A stretch of DNA of 64,000 nucleotides, taken from positions 25,156,463-25,220,462 of the forward strand of contig NC_068981.1 in the NCBI RefSeq assembly GCF_001194135.2, written 5' to 3'. Under the pieces are notes generated by a model that made no database searches, was not told where the DNA came from, and was given only the letters and a program-made list of their open reading frames with translations. Source of the stretch: Octopus bimaculoides (lineage: Eukaryota). The number at the start of each line of letters is the position of its first letter. Position 1 is the first letter of the stretch. The translations under genes were made by a program, and so were the position numbers. Positions 38,402-50,620 of the stretch are shown here, one piece after another.

Positions 38402-38902
38402 TTTCTAAACTACTTTCTCCTCAACTTTATCTTGACTGTATCTTCGGCACCAATGCAGACCAAATGTAAAATACCAACGAACTTGATAGTACATTACAAC
38501 AGATTGTCCGGTGCATCCATTGGCAATAAGTTTTTTCTACCAGCTGAAATGGCTCCAGCAGGAAGTAACCAGCGACCACAAACCGATGGGGATAGAACTT
38601 TTCCAACATCTCTGGTTTCTATTAATATCGTCCGCGAACGTTCAACCTGCCCTTGGTATCTTAAAATTATCCATGATCCATCAGTTTTCCCTCCATCACG
38701 TACTGAAGCGATATGTCGCTGTAGATACTGTCTAGACTCTGACGAAAATCACCAATGTGTAACAGTATATTCTAAAACGACTGTCCTGAAACGTACAGGT
38801 GAATGTGTTGATGGATTGTATGCGTATAGACCAAGTGTGATTCAAATAGCCACAGCCTGTGTGTGTGCAAAGAAAGTCGATATCATTTCTGGCAAAAAAT
38901 GA
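38402..38902 (+). CDS. IL17-like: IL-17-like gene 2, exon 2 (spliced protein 171 aa, MKSFQFLNYFLLNFILTVSSA-PMQTKC...IISGKK*)
   Basis: Acceptor tttcttttcacAG ends at 38401. In frame with ORF 38432..38902. Motifs RERSTCPW, TEAICRCRYC, CVTV, ECVDGLY, TACVC. Confidence 0.93.
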   Translation, partial: FLNYFLLNFILTVSSAPMQTKCKIPTNLIVHYNRLSGASIGNKFFLPAEMAPAGSNQRPQTDGDRTFPTSLVSINIVRERSTCPWYLKIIHDPSVFPPSRTEAICRCRYCLDSDENHQCVTVYSKTTVLKRTGECVDGLYAYRPSVIQIATACVCAKKVDIISGKK

Positions 38903-39249
38903 CCAAGTTTACGAGTCGTAAAAACGCCAGCCTACCGTTTTGAAATGCGTGTAACGCAAATGTCATTCATAATTTTATGAATCTTTAAGTAAACCACTAT
39001 GTGGTCATTGTGTTATTTCTTATATTTTGTTAATACCTTTAATATATGCAACTGTTTTATATTTCATAATCATAAATATGTTCAATGAAATCCCAAGTCA
39101 TTACTATGTAATGAATTAAAATTGTTAGCATATTGTTAACTATATCATTATCTAAATAACAGTATGTTATTTAATTATAAGTGTACATATTAATCAATTT
39201 ATAATATATAACTGCGCTAGACGCAGCGTCACTCTTTCTTTACTCGCAT

Positions 39250-39313
<64 letters not shown>

Positions 39314-41394
39314 NNNNNNNNNNNNNNNNNNNNNNNNNNNNNNNNNNNNNNNNNNNNNNNNNNNNNNNNNNNNNNNNNNNNNNNNNNNNNNNNNNNNNNN
39401 NNNNNNNNNNNNNNNNNNNNNNNNNNNNNNNNNNNNNNNNNNNNNNNNNNNNNNNNNNNNNNNNNNNNNNNNNNNNNNNNNNNNNNNNNNNNNNNNNNNN
39501 NNNNNNNNNNNNNNNNNNNNNNNNNNNNNNNNNNNNNNNNNNNNNNNNNNNNNNNNNNNNNNNNNNNNNNNNNNNNNNNNNNNNNNNNNNNNNNNNNNNN
39601 NNNNNNNNNNNNNNNNNNNNNNNNNNNNNNNNNNNNNNNNNNNNNNNNNNNNNNNNNNNNNNNNNNNNNNNNNNNNNNNNNNNNNNNNNNNNNNNNNNNN
39701 NNNNNNNNNNNNNNNNNNNNNNNNNNNNNNNNNNNNNNNNNNNNNNNNNNNNNNNNNNNNNNNNNNNNNNNNNNNNNNNNNNNNNNNNNNNNNNNNNNNN
39801 NNNNNNNNNNNNNNNNNNNNNNNNNNNNNNNNNNTATATATATATATATAAATCTTTAGTTAAATATATTCAATGAGAATATCATATACTGAATTTATAT
39901 TGAGTGTTGTATTGTATCAGATTATTAATGCTATTAAAGTATCTATGTATTTAACACGAGCGGTGCAACGTGTATTTAAATATAATAAATGTATTTATAT
40001 TTTCGCTTTTATTGTATATGCCTGTATATAAATGTCTATAATAACTTCAAGTAACGTTAAAAATTCATAAATATATGTTATATATTATATATTATATATA
40101 ATACTGAATAATTCATTCAATGAAAATTGATACGTATATATTGTGTTGTACATATTAATTTGCTATTAAAACCTTCTTTTATATCAATTTATTTTAAAAT
40201 AAAAACATGTTAAATAATATTTTAACTCGTTAATATTTTCTTGAATTAATTCAATGGTGTTACTTCTCTCTAGCCATAACAATTAATCGATATGCATTTG
40301 TAAGTCCACATTATAATACTACTTGTATTACAATTGCCGTACTTTAATGTATATTTCATACATAAAGTGCCATTGCGAATAACTCCGTTTATTTCGGTTA
40401 TCAGTCGTAACAATTAATGTAATTTCTGATAGTTTCGCATTCCACCAAGCTGATGAGCAGTATTGACAGTCAGAGAATTCTCAAATTCTTTTAGATCACA
40501 TTATACCTATGTTACATTCATGCAGTCTCCATACTAACCAAACAACAACAATAGCAACAACAACAACAACAACAACCTCAAAGCGTTTATTTTGTTTTAA
40601 CTCTTAATAAGGCTTCGCTTTTACTCTCCCTTTATTTCTCTCACATATCCATCGCAAAGCTTTCCTCTGATGCTACTACGTAGAGATCAACCAGTGTTTT
40701 GATATCCTAAATCCATTTTCTAGCTAAAAAGCGAAAACATAATTTATGGAAGAACAAAACTCTGCCATCATAGTGGTTCATGCGGCTCATTAAGTCTCTC
40801 ATATTTTAAGCAACTCCATTCATCAATGTTCTTCATACTGCTTTCCATTCGACCATCAAATCAAGAATCAGAATAATCAGTTGACCCGATTAATGGAACA
40901 GCTTGCTCATGAAATAAATAAATACTGTATATATACATATATNNNNNNNNNNNNNNNNNNNNNNNNNNNNNNNNNNNNNNNNNNNNNNNNNNNNNNNNNN
41001 NNNNNNNNNNNNTATATATAATATATATAATATACAGAAATAAATTTATTTCTCAAACGCGTGATCAGGATAAATTATCCATTTATTGCAGAAAAATACG
41101 TTACTGGCCAGCCATGAGACGTAACCAACATAAATACAAAGACAAACTGTTTTGTCAACAACGAGAGAAGCAAATGGAATACAAGACAACCGACATAAAG
41201 AAGAACCTTTCATCAGTTATCGGCTGTATATCAAAACTGTCCGACGAACGGGAACGTGGAACTCTGAGTAACAGCTTCTGTTATATTTCTACTGCTTTTA
41301 AATAAAGCTCATTACTCTGGTATTTGAGTACTCTTTTTCCCACCTTGTTTTACACTTATGTGCTTACTCCCGTATATATAAATATATATACATA

Positions 41395-41560
41395 GGCGTG
41401 GGAGTGGCTCTGTGGTAAGTAGCTTGCTTACCAGCCACATGGTTCCGCGTTCAGTCCCACCGCGTGGCACCATGGACAAGTGTCTTCTACTATAGCCTCG
41501 GGCCGACCAAAGCCTTGTGAGTGGATTTGGTAGACGGAAACTGAAAGAAACCTGTCGTAT
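41395..41560 (+). mobile_element. SINE family 1, head
   Basis: GGAGTGGCTCTGTGGTAAGTAGCTTGC...GACGGAAACTGAAAGAA followed by (TA)n(TG)n. Confidence 0.85.
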
Positions 41561-41565
41561 ATATG

Positions 41566-41624
<59 letters not shown>

Positions 41625-42151
41625 CTGTGTGTGTGTCTGTGTTTGTTGCAATTACTATTACTCCATGGAGCAGACGACGAAGCCTTCTACATAGATTGTC
41701 GCTTGCTAGAAATAGCAGTCACATTACTCTCAACTGACTCTATACTCCCTTCAAGAAAATAAACGGGCACATTGAATAACGTCCTCATAATAATATTGTT
41801 TGAACATATAAAAACGGGTGGTCATGGTTGAAATACTTTAAATCACGTGTCTGCTTTCAGAATTAACCTGCAAAACGACTATGTTATAGATTTCCCTAAT
41901 TTTTCTGCGTCTCTTTCCTCTCTCACTTTCTCCGTCTCTTTCTCTCTCCCACTCCCTCGTTCTCTCTCCCACTCCCTCGTTCTCTCTCCTTCGTGCTCTC
42001 TTCCTCTCCTTCATTCTCTCCCTCTTTCCTCTCTGTATTTGTTTCTTCTCGCGGGTTTGTGTTTCAGATACGCTCTATTTAATTATTTAAATAAAATATG
42101 ACAGTATATTTTAGTATAAACATCCACACACCTACATAAGCACGCTCACTA

Positions 42152-42234
42152 GGAATGCATGCAATGAGCTTCTCTGTCCTAGAAGTACGGAAAACACTCG
42201 GCGAGAAATGGAAGAAAATTTGAAGAAAAAAAAA
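42152..42234 (+). mobile_element. 3'-terminal stub of the copy-E R4 family
   Basis: Closely matches 22881-22965 (AATGAGCTTCTCTG...GGCGAGAAATGGAAGAAAATTTGAAGAAA). Confidence 0.8.
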
Positions 42235-42252
42235 TGATAATAATAATAATAA

Positions 42253-42376
42253 ACACTGCTTGGAACGGCTCGAATACTCCGGATGGTGCTCGAAAATTTA
42301 GGGGTGTTACCTTAGGTCACTGGTAGTGAACAGCTGGCACTGTAGTACATCTCCAGCGTTAGAAGCTGTGCAAAGA
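42253..42376 (+). mobile_element. 3'-terminal stub of the copy-B R4 family
   Basis: Closely matches 13214-13336 (ACTGCTTGGAAC...CTCCAGCGTTAGAAGCT). Flanked by TAA repeats. Confidence 0.8.
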
Positions 42377-42381
42377 TGATG

Positions 42382-42470
<89 letters not shown>

Positions 42471-42669
42471 ATGCTGGACATTTGATTCTTTACAATCAAG
42501 AGAATCCCGTAAGCTATGATCCTGATTTAATACCAAAATGTATCTATATCTAAAAAATATATGACATGTCATTGTGGCTTTTAATTTATTTAATTTATTC
42601 CTGTGTCTTAAATATAAAATTTAACTTAATTATCCTGCCCTCGAATATTATTAATTTCTCGAAAGGTTG

Positions 42670-44360
42670 TCATAAATCGATCGTAGAGCAATTTAATGCA
42701 TTGATTAATGGAGAAGAAATCCCGGGCTGGTTGACCAAAGAACGAACGGTGTTTTGTCTGAAGGATCCATCAAAGGGAAATACTGCTGATAATTGCAGAC
42801 CAATTTCTTGCCTCGCATTAATGTGGAAATTACTATCTGGAGGAATTGCAGAAGACTGTATGAATTTCTTGATGAGAACGATATATTACCGCCCGAACAA
42901 AAAGGCTGTAGAAAGAGATGCAGAGGTACCAAAGATCAATTACTGATAGACAAAATAGTAATGCAAGATTGTAAACAAAGGAGAACACATTTGGGAACGG
43001 CCTGGATTGACTGTCACCAAGCTTATGATATGATTCCACATTCGTGGATCATAGAATGCTAAGATCTGTTTGGAATTGCGAGGAATGTATCGTGATTCCT
43101 GAAGAGAATTATTGTAGTGTAGAAAACTGAACTGACATCATGTAGATAGAGCTTAGGCACGCAAGGTACCAGAAGAGAAATTTTCCTGGGTGATAACTTA
43201 TCTCCATTGCTTTTTGTTCTCTGCATGATACCCCTGACCTTGGTACTTAGGAATATGAACCTGGGGTAACAATTAAAGGAAAAAATCTCAAACAATCAAT
43301 CATCTCTTCTTCATGGATGATTTGAAACTGTATGGCAAGGATGAAACACAAGTGAGTTCCTTGGTGAACACGGTTTACTATTTTAATACTGATATTAGAA
43401 TGGAATTTAGACTCAAGAAGTGCGGAATAATCTATCTAAAAAGAGACAATGTACAGTCCCTAGTGAGGATAGAATTACTGAACAGAGACTTGATTAACAA
43501 ACTGAAATGAAAGGCTACAAATACTTTGGTGTACAAGAGTTCAATGAGATAATGGAGAAGGAAATGAAAGAGCAACTGAGGATGGAGTACGTCCAAAGAC
43601 GAAGATTGGTATTGCGACTCAGAATTGATGGATGAAATATAATCCAAAATGTTACGGTCAATCTGCAAGAGATGTGAACTTGACGACAAATACAGAGGAC
43701 CGGTGGCTATGGATGAAGAGAAATGACCTGAAGATACAGACAGAAGCATTCATATGCACAGCTCAGGAATAAACGTTAAGGATCAACTATGTGAAATATA
43801 GAATAGACAACACTACAGAGAGCGACAAATGCAGAATGTGTGGTGAGAGGAGTGAAATGGTATGGCACATCGTTAGGGAGTGACCGAAATTGGCACATCG
43901 CAAATATAAAAGACACCATGACAATGTGGCAAGAATTATCCATTGGGAGCGCTGTAGAGATCACGGTCCACAAAGAACAAAGACATGGAATGAGAAAGCC
44001 CCAGAAGGAGTCACCGAGAATGAGAATTGCAAAATCCTGTAGGACACAATGATGCCGTGCGACCACCTGACCAGACATCGGAAACCAGATGTTGTTGTGG
44101 TGAATAAAAAAGAAAGAACATAGCATGCCCCGGTGACAACAGGATCCATGTGAAAGAAAAAAAAAAAAACAACTGTGACGATTCCAGGATCCTAATGAAA
44201 AAGGAAGAAAAACACAAAGAAAATACAATCCCTTAAAATTTGAAATAGGAATAATTTAGAGCATGCGAACAGTAAAGGTCTTGCCTATATTAAATGATGC
44301 GTTGGGAACCGTAAGCCGAGATATAGACAAATTGTTGAAAGAGATTGCAATACATTGTAC
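42670..44360 (+). mobile_element. R4/Dong-clade element, copy H (degenerate RT and RLE)
   Basis: Motifs [37 protein letters not shown] and the FMDDLKLY active site at 43313, plus CCHC/RLE remnants near 43830-44100. Confidence 0.85.
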
Positions 44361-44566
44361 TCGACTGACGTTTTGTTCTAAAGCATACATTTATTGAGTT
44401 CTAACACAAAGTTATTAGTATCGCTATGTCTAAGTGAAATGATAACACACACACAAACATACATAATACATAATACACACATACATACATGCATACATAC
44501 ACACATAGATACGTACGTACATACATAGATACATACAGACATACATCCATACATATATTTTATGTA

Positions 44567-44723
44567 GGCGCAGGAGTGGATGTGTGGTAAGTAGCTTGTT
44601 TACCAACCACATGGTTCCGGGTTCATTCTCACTGCCTTGGGCAAGTGTCTTCTGTTATAGCCTCGGGCCGACCAAAGCCTTGTGAGTGGATTAGGTAGAC
44701 GGAAACTGAAAGAAGCCCGTCGT
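44567..44723 (+). mobile_element. SINE family 1, head
   Basis: Nearly identical to 41395-41560; runs into (TA)n and an N gap. Confidence 0.85.
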
Positions 44724-45063
44724 ATATATATATATATATATATATGTNNNNNNNNNNNNNNNNNNNNNNNNNNNNNNNNNNNNNNNNNNNNNNNNNNNNN
44801 NNNNNNNNNNNNNNNNNNNNNNNNNNNNNNNNNNNNNNNNNNNNNNNNNNNNNNNNNNNNNNNNNNNNNNNNNNNNNNNNNNNNNNNNNNNNNNNNNNNN
44901 NNNNNNNNNNNNNNNNNNNNNNNNNNNNNNNNNNNNNNNNNNNNNNNNNNNNNNNNNNNNNNNNNNNNNNNNNNNNNNNNNNNNNNNNNNNNNNNNNNNN
45001 NNNNNNNNNNNNNNNNNNNNNNNNNNNNNNNNNNNNNNNNNNNNNNNNNNNNNNNNNNNNNNN

Positions 45064-45109
<46 letters not shown>

Positions 45110-45112
45110 GCG

Positions 45113-45460
45113 TCACTAAAGTGTCAGAGGGTGCTACGTGGTACCAGCATTGGTAGAAATAAGAGTCAAAACATTCGATAACCACAAATGCACTACCTCT
45201 TTGAGATCAGCGTATGAGTTCAACGGTTTTCTTATAAGCTGACAAGGTGAGTTGAATATAAATCTAGGCGTGGTGAGAGCCAACGATGAAAATTAAGATG
45301 TTCTGCACCAAAATTTGTAATCACCGGCGATCTGGTTGTCCGCTAGGGAACTTATCTCCCTTGTCACTCATTAAGATTGTGCATTTCTGGCTATTGAGTT
45401 GTTTTGTCTCTTAGTTCTAGCAATATCGGTACCACTTGGTACCCTCTGTCACTTTCGTGA
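45113..45460. mobile_element. MITE-like element with ~33-bp imperfect terminal inverted repeats
   Basis: TCACTAAAGTGTCAGAGGGTGCTACGTGGTACC versus the reverse complement of GGTACCACTTGGTACCCTCTGTCACTTTCGTGA. Confidence 0.5.
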
Positions 45461-45886
45461 TTGAAGCTGAAGAAGTTAGAATAACAGCATTTTGTTGAGG
45501 CAAACGTCTAGTTTTGAGAGCATCAAGGCGATGTGTTATTTGTCGCAACACCATCGTCGTGGCTATAATATTTGTAGCTTATTCTGCGTTATTCAAATTA
45601 TGTAATTATTACAAATCAATATACATTTATAATAGAATAAAATGTAAATAGCAATGTTATTTCTACTTTTCCTGAATGAATAGTTGTAGAGAAATCGGGA
45701 GCCATGCACGCTAGAATGGTCGTCACATTAACTTACTTTATTTTTTTAAAATCCGTCACAACCTACTTCTTTTCCAAATTTACAACGAATTGAGCAAAAT
45801 ATTGAAATATTCTTGCTGTATGTTTGATATAAATCTATATATTATGTCTTAATATAAAAACCGAGTAGTATATACACTCATGATGA

Positions 45887-45957
<71 letters not shown>

Positions 45958-46299
45958 GTATCATTAGAATAAGTATAATTATAATAAAGTAAATACTTTT
46001 GATAGAAATACTAAGAAAAAAAAAAAAGAAAAAGCATAGAATAATGTTTCTTATAGTAGACATTAGTTATTCGAGAAACCCGTGGAAATTGAGAGACATT
46101 ATTAATCTAATTACATTAATGTCAATAGCAATTAATGAATGGCATTATTTGAGCCAACAGTTACGTGTCCGTAAAGAGAAGTCTGCATGTTTACGCTTAA
46201 GTGGCGCTCGGACATCCGACTGTATGTAAGTCTAGGATGTAAACATTTCCATTGTTACTCTTCCGTCGTTTTATGCCTTTAACCCCCGAATTTTTGGCA

Positions 46300-46351
46300 T
46301 GATGTTTCCTTGTGGGTAGTTTTCGGTGTGATATATATACATGTATATAAG
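46300..46351 (+). promoter_or_regulatory. Putative core promoter of gene 3
   Basis: TGATGTTTCC at 46300-46309, GTGTGATATAT at 46326-46336, and TATATAAG about 130 bp upstream of the ATG. Confidence 0.45.
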
Positions 46352-46475
46352 CAAACACATGTATGCAGGCTAATATCATTCCGAATCTGTACTCCACTAC
46401 GGAACGGACACATCTCACTTGTAATATATCTTATTGTTGCCGTCTCTTTTTATTTCCAAGTGAACTATCAGCGTA

Positions 46476-46490
46476 ATGAAGATAACTAAA
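46476..46490 (+). CDS. IL17-like: IL-17-like gene 3, exon 1 (MKITK)
   Basis: taATG AAG ATA ACT AAA|GTAAGTAAACTTAT, phase 0. Flanks are clearly homologous to the gene 4 exon 1 region. Intron 46491..50620. Confidence 0.85.
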
Positions 46491-47421
46491 GTAAGTAAAC
46501 TTATATTAATAGCTATTATCATATTATCTGTGTATGTGTGTATGTACTTCTAAATACATTATATCTTACATATATTCAACAAATCAAATCTGGTTCAACA
46601 AATCATAAGTCGAAACTTGATATCCAGTTAATTTGTTCTCAGAAAATCCTAATTCAAATATGAGTATGAAATCGCGCCACCAATATATATTGCACTGTTA
46701 TCCTTAAAAATTATTATAAATTAATAGCAATTTCTTAACATTTACGTACATATTAACTTATTTCCAGGAGATTTTATTGTGAAACACACGCTCTGAACAC
46801 ACGTAGTTTCAGGTTTAGTTCAGCTGCGTGGCACACTGGGCTGGTGATTTCTGCTGACGTCTAGTGAGCGAACTTCGTAAAGGGGAAACTGTGAGGAATC
46901 TCGTCATATATATATATATANNNNNNNNNNNNNNNNNNNNNNNNNNNNNNNNNNNNNNNNNNNNNNNNNNNNNNNNNNNNNNNNNNNNNNNNNNNNNNNN
47001 NNNNNNNNNNNNNNNNNNNNNNNNNNNNNNNNNNNNNNNNNNNNNNNNNNNNNNNNNNNNNNNNNNNNNNNNNNNNNNNNNNNNNNNNNNNNNNNNNNNN
47101 NNNNNNNNNNNNNNNNNNNNNNNNNNNNNNNNNNNNNNNNNNNNNNNNNNNNNNNNNNNNNNNNNNNNNNNNNNNNNNNNNNNNNNNNNNNNNNNNNNNN
47201 NNNNNNNNNNNNNNNNNNNNNNNNNNNNNNNNNNNNNNNNNNNNNNNNNNNNNNNNNNNNNNNNNNNNNNNNNNNNNNNNNNNNNNNNNNNNNNNNNNNN
47301 NNNNNNNNNNNNNNNNNNNNNNNNNNNNNNNNNNNNNNNNNNNNNNNNNNNNNNNNNNNNNNNNNNNNNNNNNNNNNNNNNNNNNNNNNNNNNNNNNNNN
47401 NNNNNNNNNNNNNNNNNNNNN

Positions 47422-47454
<33 letters not shown>

Positions 47455-47457
<3 letters not shown>

Positions 47458-47890
47458 CGGGTGATAGATAAATTGTCATCATTTTATATTTTTAATTTTG
47501 TCGATTACACAGTATAGTAGGGTCAGTTGGGCACTGTGTGTGAGAAAAACAGCACCATGACACGATTCACTCTGCCTGAAATTTGAAACGGACATACTGC
47601 ACTGCTTGGAATTTGCACCGGTAGCTCCAATACACACAGAAAAACTGTTGGCTTGCCGTATCCCTAAACTATGTACCGAGAGTGATAAAATCAAACATTC
47701 AATCAACATCATAGTGTTTGGAGTGATCACTAGTGATGGCTGTGTTATGCCTTCATTCATCTTCCCACATGACCTCAAACGCAACACGGAGGCTTACATG
47801 AAGTGCCTGGAGGCGGTAGTGCTGCCTTGGGTCAAGAGGTGACAGCTGGAAGAACCTATGTCTGACAACAAGACTCAGCACCATGACTTG
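47455..47890 (+). mobile_element. Tc1/mariner transposon relic (left end plus internally deleted transposase)
   Basis: Begins after TA. ATG at 47557, then KHSINIIVFGVITSDGCVMPSFIFPH...EAVVLPW and a frameshifted TYV*QQDSAP containing the second catalytic Asp. Confidence 0.75.
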
Positions 47891-47952
47891 AATACTGTCC
47901 TGATATCATATGGGCCGCATAGGGTAGACAGACTGTGGACAGTTTATTGGTT

Positions 47953-48322
47953 TTATCCTCTATTTTTTTTCATAATTGAAGTGGATAGTATGTTTTTGGG
48001 GTAGTTGTTGCTTAACAGATTTTTACTGAGCTTGATCATTTCTTCGTGGTGTATATCACGATCGCTTCTTATATTCTTTGCTCGACGTTTTAGGCACTGA
48101 GCAGTCCCTCTCTTTACAATGTATGGATGGCGGGAATTGAAGTTGAGGTATCGTCCAGTGAAGGTCGGCTTGCGGTATACGGATGTCCTGAATCCATACT
48201 TGGTGCGTGTTATTAATATGTCCAGGAATGCTAGTTGATTGTCTTTTTCCTTTTCCACTGTGAACGGTATGGATGGCTCTGTTGAGTTCACATGATCTAA
48301 TATGATCCCACCATCCATACAG
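47953..48322 (-). mobile_element. Penelope-like element RT fragment (motifs 6-7 and thumb)
   Basis: PFTVEKEKDNQLAFLDILI...YRKPTFTGRYLNFNSRHP...NNYP. Confidence 0.85.
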
Positions 48323-49199
48323 TGTAAAGGGTAATATTGCACTGTTATTCTTAAAGATCAACTGCAATTTCTTAACATTTACGTACATATAAACTTATTT
48401 CCAGAAACACGCGCTCTGAACACACGTAGTTTCAGGTTTAGTCCAGCTCATATAGGTTTAGACTTCTGCTCATATTAGGTTCATTCTTTCATCTGATGAT
48501 ACGTTGGGTCAGAGTCGTGTGACAAAGAATGTTTCTCAAGGAGCTGCCTTCCAAGTCTTATGATGTTATCAGGTGCAAGTATGCAAACTTGATCAAGGGA
48601 TGCACTTCGGCACTTGGTGGTGAAAAGATGTTGCCAAAGGTATATGATGCAACATTCAAAAGCATTTTATATCGATGTTAAACCTCTGCCGTCTTGTTTT
48701 CGTTTTAGGTAGAGGTGATCTACATCACTGTTTATGTGGAAATTACGTGTGTTTGTTAGTATTTTTCGGCTTTTCATATCACTGGCTCGATCTCATCAAG
48801 CGACCAATATATGTGTGTATGTGTGTGTATGCATGTATTCGTGTATGTGTATGCATATATATATATGTATGCATGCGTGCACGTTTGTATGTATGTATTC
48901 TACATATCCATGTGCTTGTATCGTCATGTTTGTGTATTTGTGTGTTTGCGTGTTTGTATTCATGTTTGTGTGTTTGTGTGTGTGTATGTGTGTGTCTCTA
49001 TGTGTATGTGTATCTCTGCCTCCTTGTGTATACAGGTTTTGGTATGTCTGAGTATGAGTTTGTGTGACTATGTATGTACGTCTGTTAGGTGTGTCTCCAT
49101 GTATCCTTGTGTGAAGTCTGCGTGTGTGTATACGGTCATGTGTTTCAGTCTTCGTTTCTATGTATGTATGTATGTATGTATGTATGTATGTATGTATAG

Positions 49200-49640
49200 A
49201 CCACCCACAATCATCTCGGTGGCAGAGAAAAGCACTGCAGAGCGTTGGAGTGGCTGGAACACACCCACCCAAGATCCCGAGAATAACAGTCCGGTGAAAA
49301 GAATGATCGCACATGCAATAGGAGCTAGCGTAAGAACCACATAGTAAAGTTTAACAAGAAACTATACATGCAGTTTCAAGGTGCAGCCATTGGTGTCTGT
49401 GTTGCTGGAGATGTGGTCTCCCTCTTCATGACTTGGTGGAACAGAAAACTAAAACAATTCTGAGCAGAACAATCCACTACTGTTTTACTTTACTGCAGTT
49501 ATGTAGATGACATTAACATTCTAGTTAAGACAAACTCTAGTAACTGCAATGTCGAAACCGAGTGGAGTATAATGAAGAGCATCCAGCATGGAGCCGACTC
49601 CATCTACCAAAGTATCAAGGTAACGATAGATTACCCCACA
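49200..49640 (+). mobile_element. Second, divergent Penelope-like RT fragment
   Basis: Hand translation gives NHIVKFNKKLYMQFQGAAIG...LFMTWW...*...YCSYVDDINIL, with YVDD at 49500-49511. Confidence 0.75.
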
Positions 49641-50620
49641 GATTTGCACACAAAAAAAAACAAACAAAACAAAAAGAATGCAGATCCGATAACGGACAGA
49701 GTCAACGACTATTGAAAAGGTTGCAAGACGCAACGGAAATTTTAGTAAAAATAAATAAGTAAATAAGTGGAAATCGGTGAGTGTGTTAAATTAATAAGGC
49801 ACTAAAAGAGAATTACTCTACTTAGACACAATAAAATATGCTTCAACACACGAATTCACATAAGGAATCTTGCAAACCAAATACAAAAACTGATATTCCA
49901 GTTCAAATACATTTAAGCTATAAATACCAACTGGAACTTCTAAGGAATTTATGTCTAACACCCTGTTATACGCATTTAGCTCAGATCACAGGACTGCACG
50001 GACTCATGTAACACTTTTTCCTGATCTCTTCTCTCATGCTTGCATGCTGAATGCTAAAGTTTTCATTACAAAAAAAGAGAAAACTAACTTTTGTGTATTT
50101 TTGTGTAAGAATTACTCGGTGGCTCAAGGTTTCTGGAGAAGATTGCGAAATCTACGCTTTGCTAAAATATTTTAAGAGCGAAATAATTATGTGTATTTCT
50201 CCAGTACATTTAGAAACAGTTTTCGTCAATGAATTTATGTCTTTTCCACATCACTTAATTGTTTCTAATTAAGATTTTAATGCTCACTAAAATCGCATGT
50301 GAACAAAATTTCTTGAATGTGTTGTGTATTGTAAGCATGTTATTTAATTAATACATCATTTCATTATATTTCACCGTTCATCATTTTCAGTGATGTCTAT
50401 AAATAATTGTAAATATATCAAGCATATTAGAAATAAGGTATTCACTGTTTTCATTGACACTTGATTCGATATTCTCTACAATTTTCTGTTTGTAAGAATT
50501 CAGTCTTTTGTATAAAATCTAGCTTCTTTGAATTAGAGGATGATAAATATATTACTAATACATATCGTGTATTACACATTTATTTATGTTATTTGAGCTT
50601 AAATATTCTTTCTCTTATAG

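Larger units (their letters stand above)
46687..48448 (+). repeat. Direct repeat pair (46687-46825 / 48334-48448) in intron 1 of gene 3
   Basis: ATATTGCACTGTTAT...GCAATTTCTTAACATTTACGTACATAT...CTCTGAACACACGTAGTTTCAGGTTTAGT..CAGCT is present twice. Confidence 0.8.
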
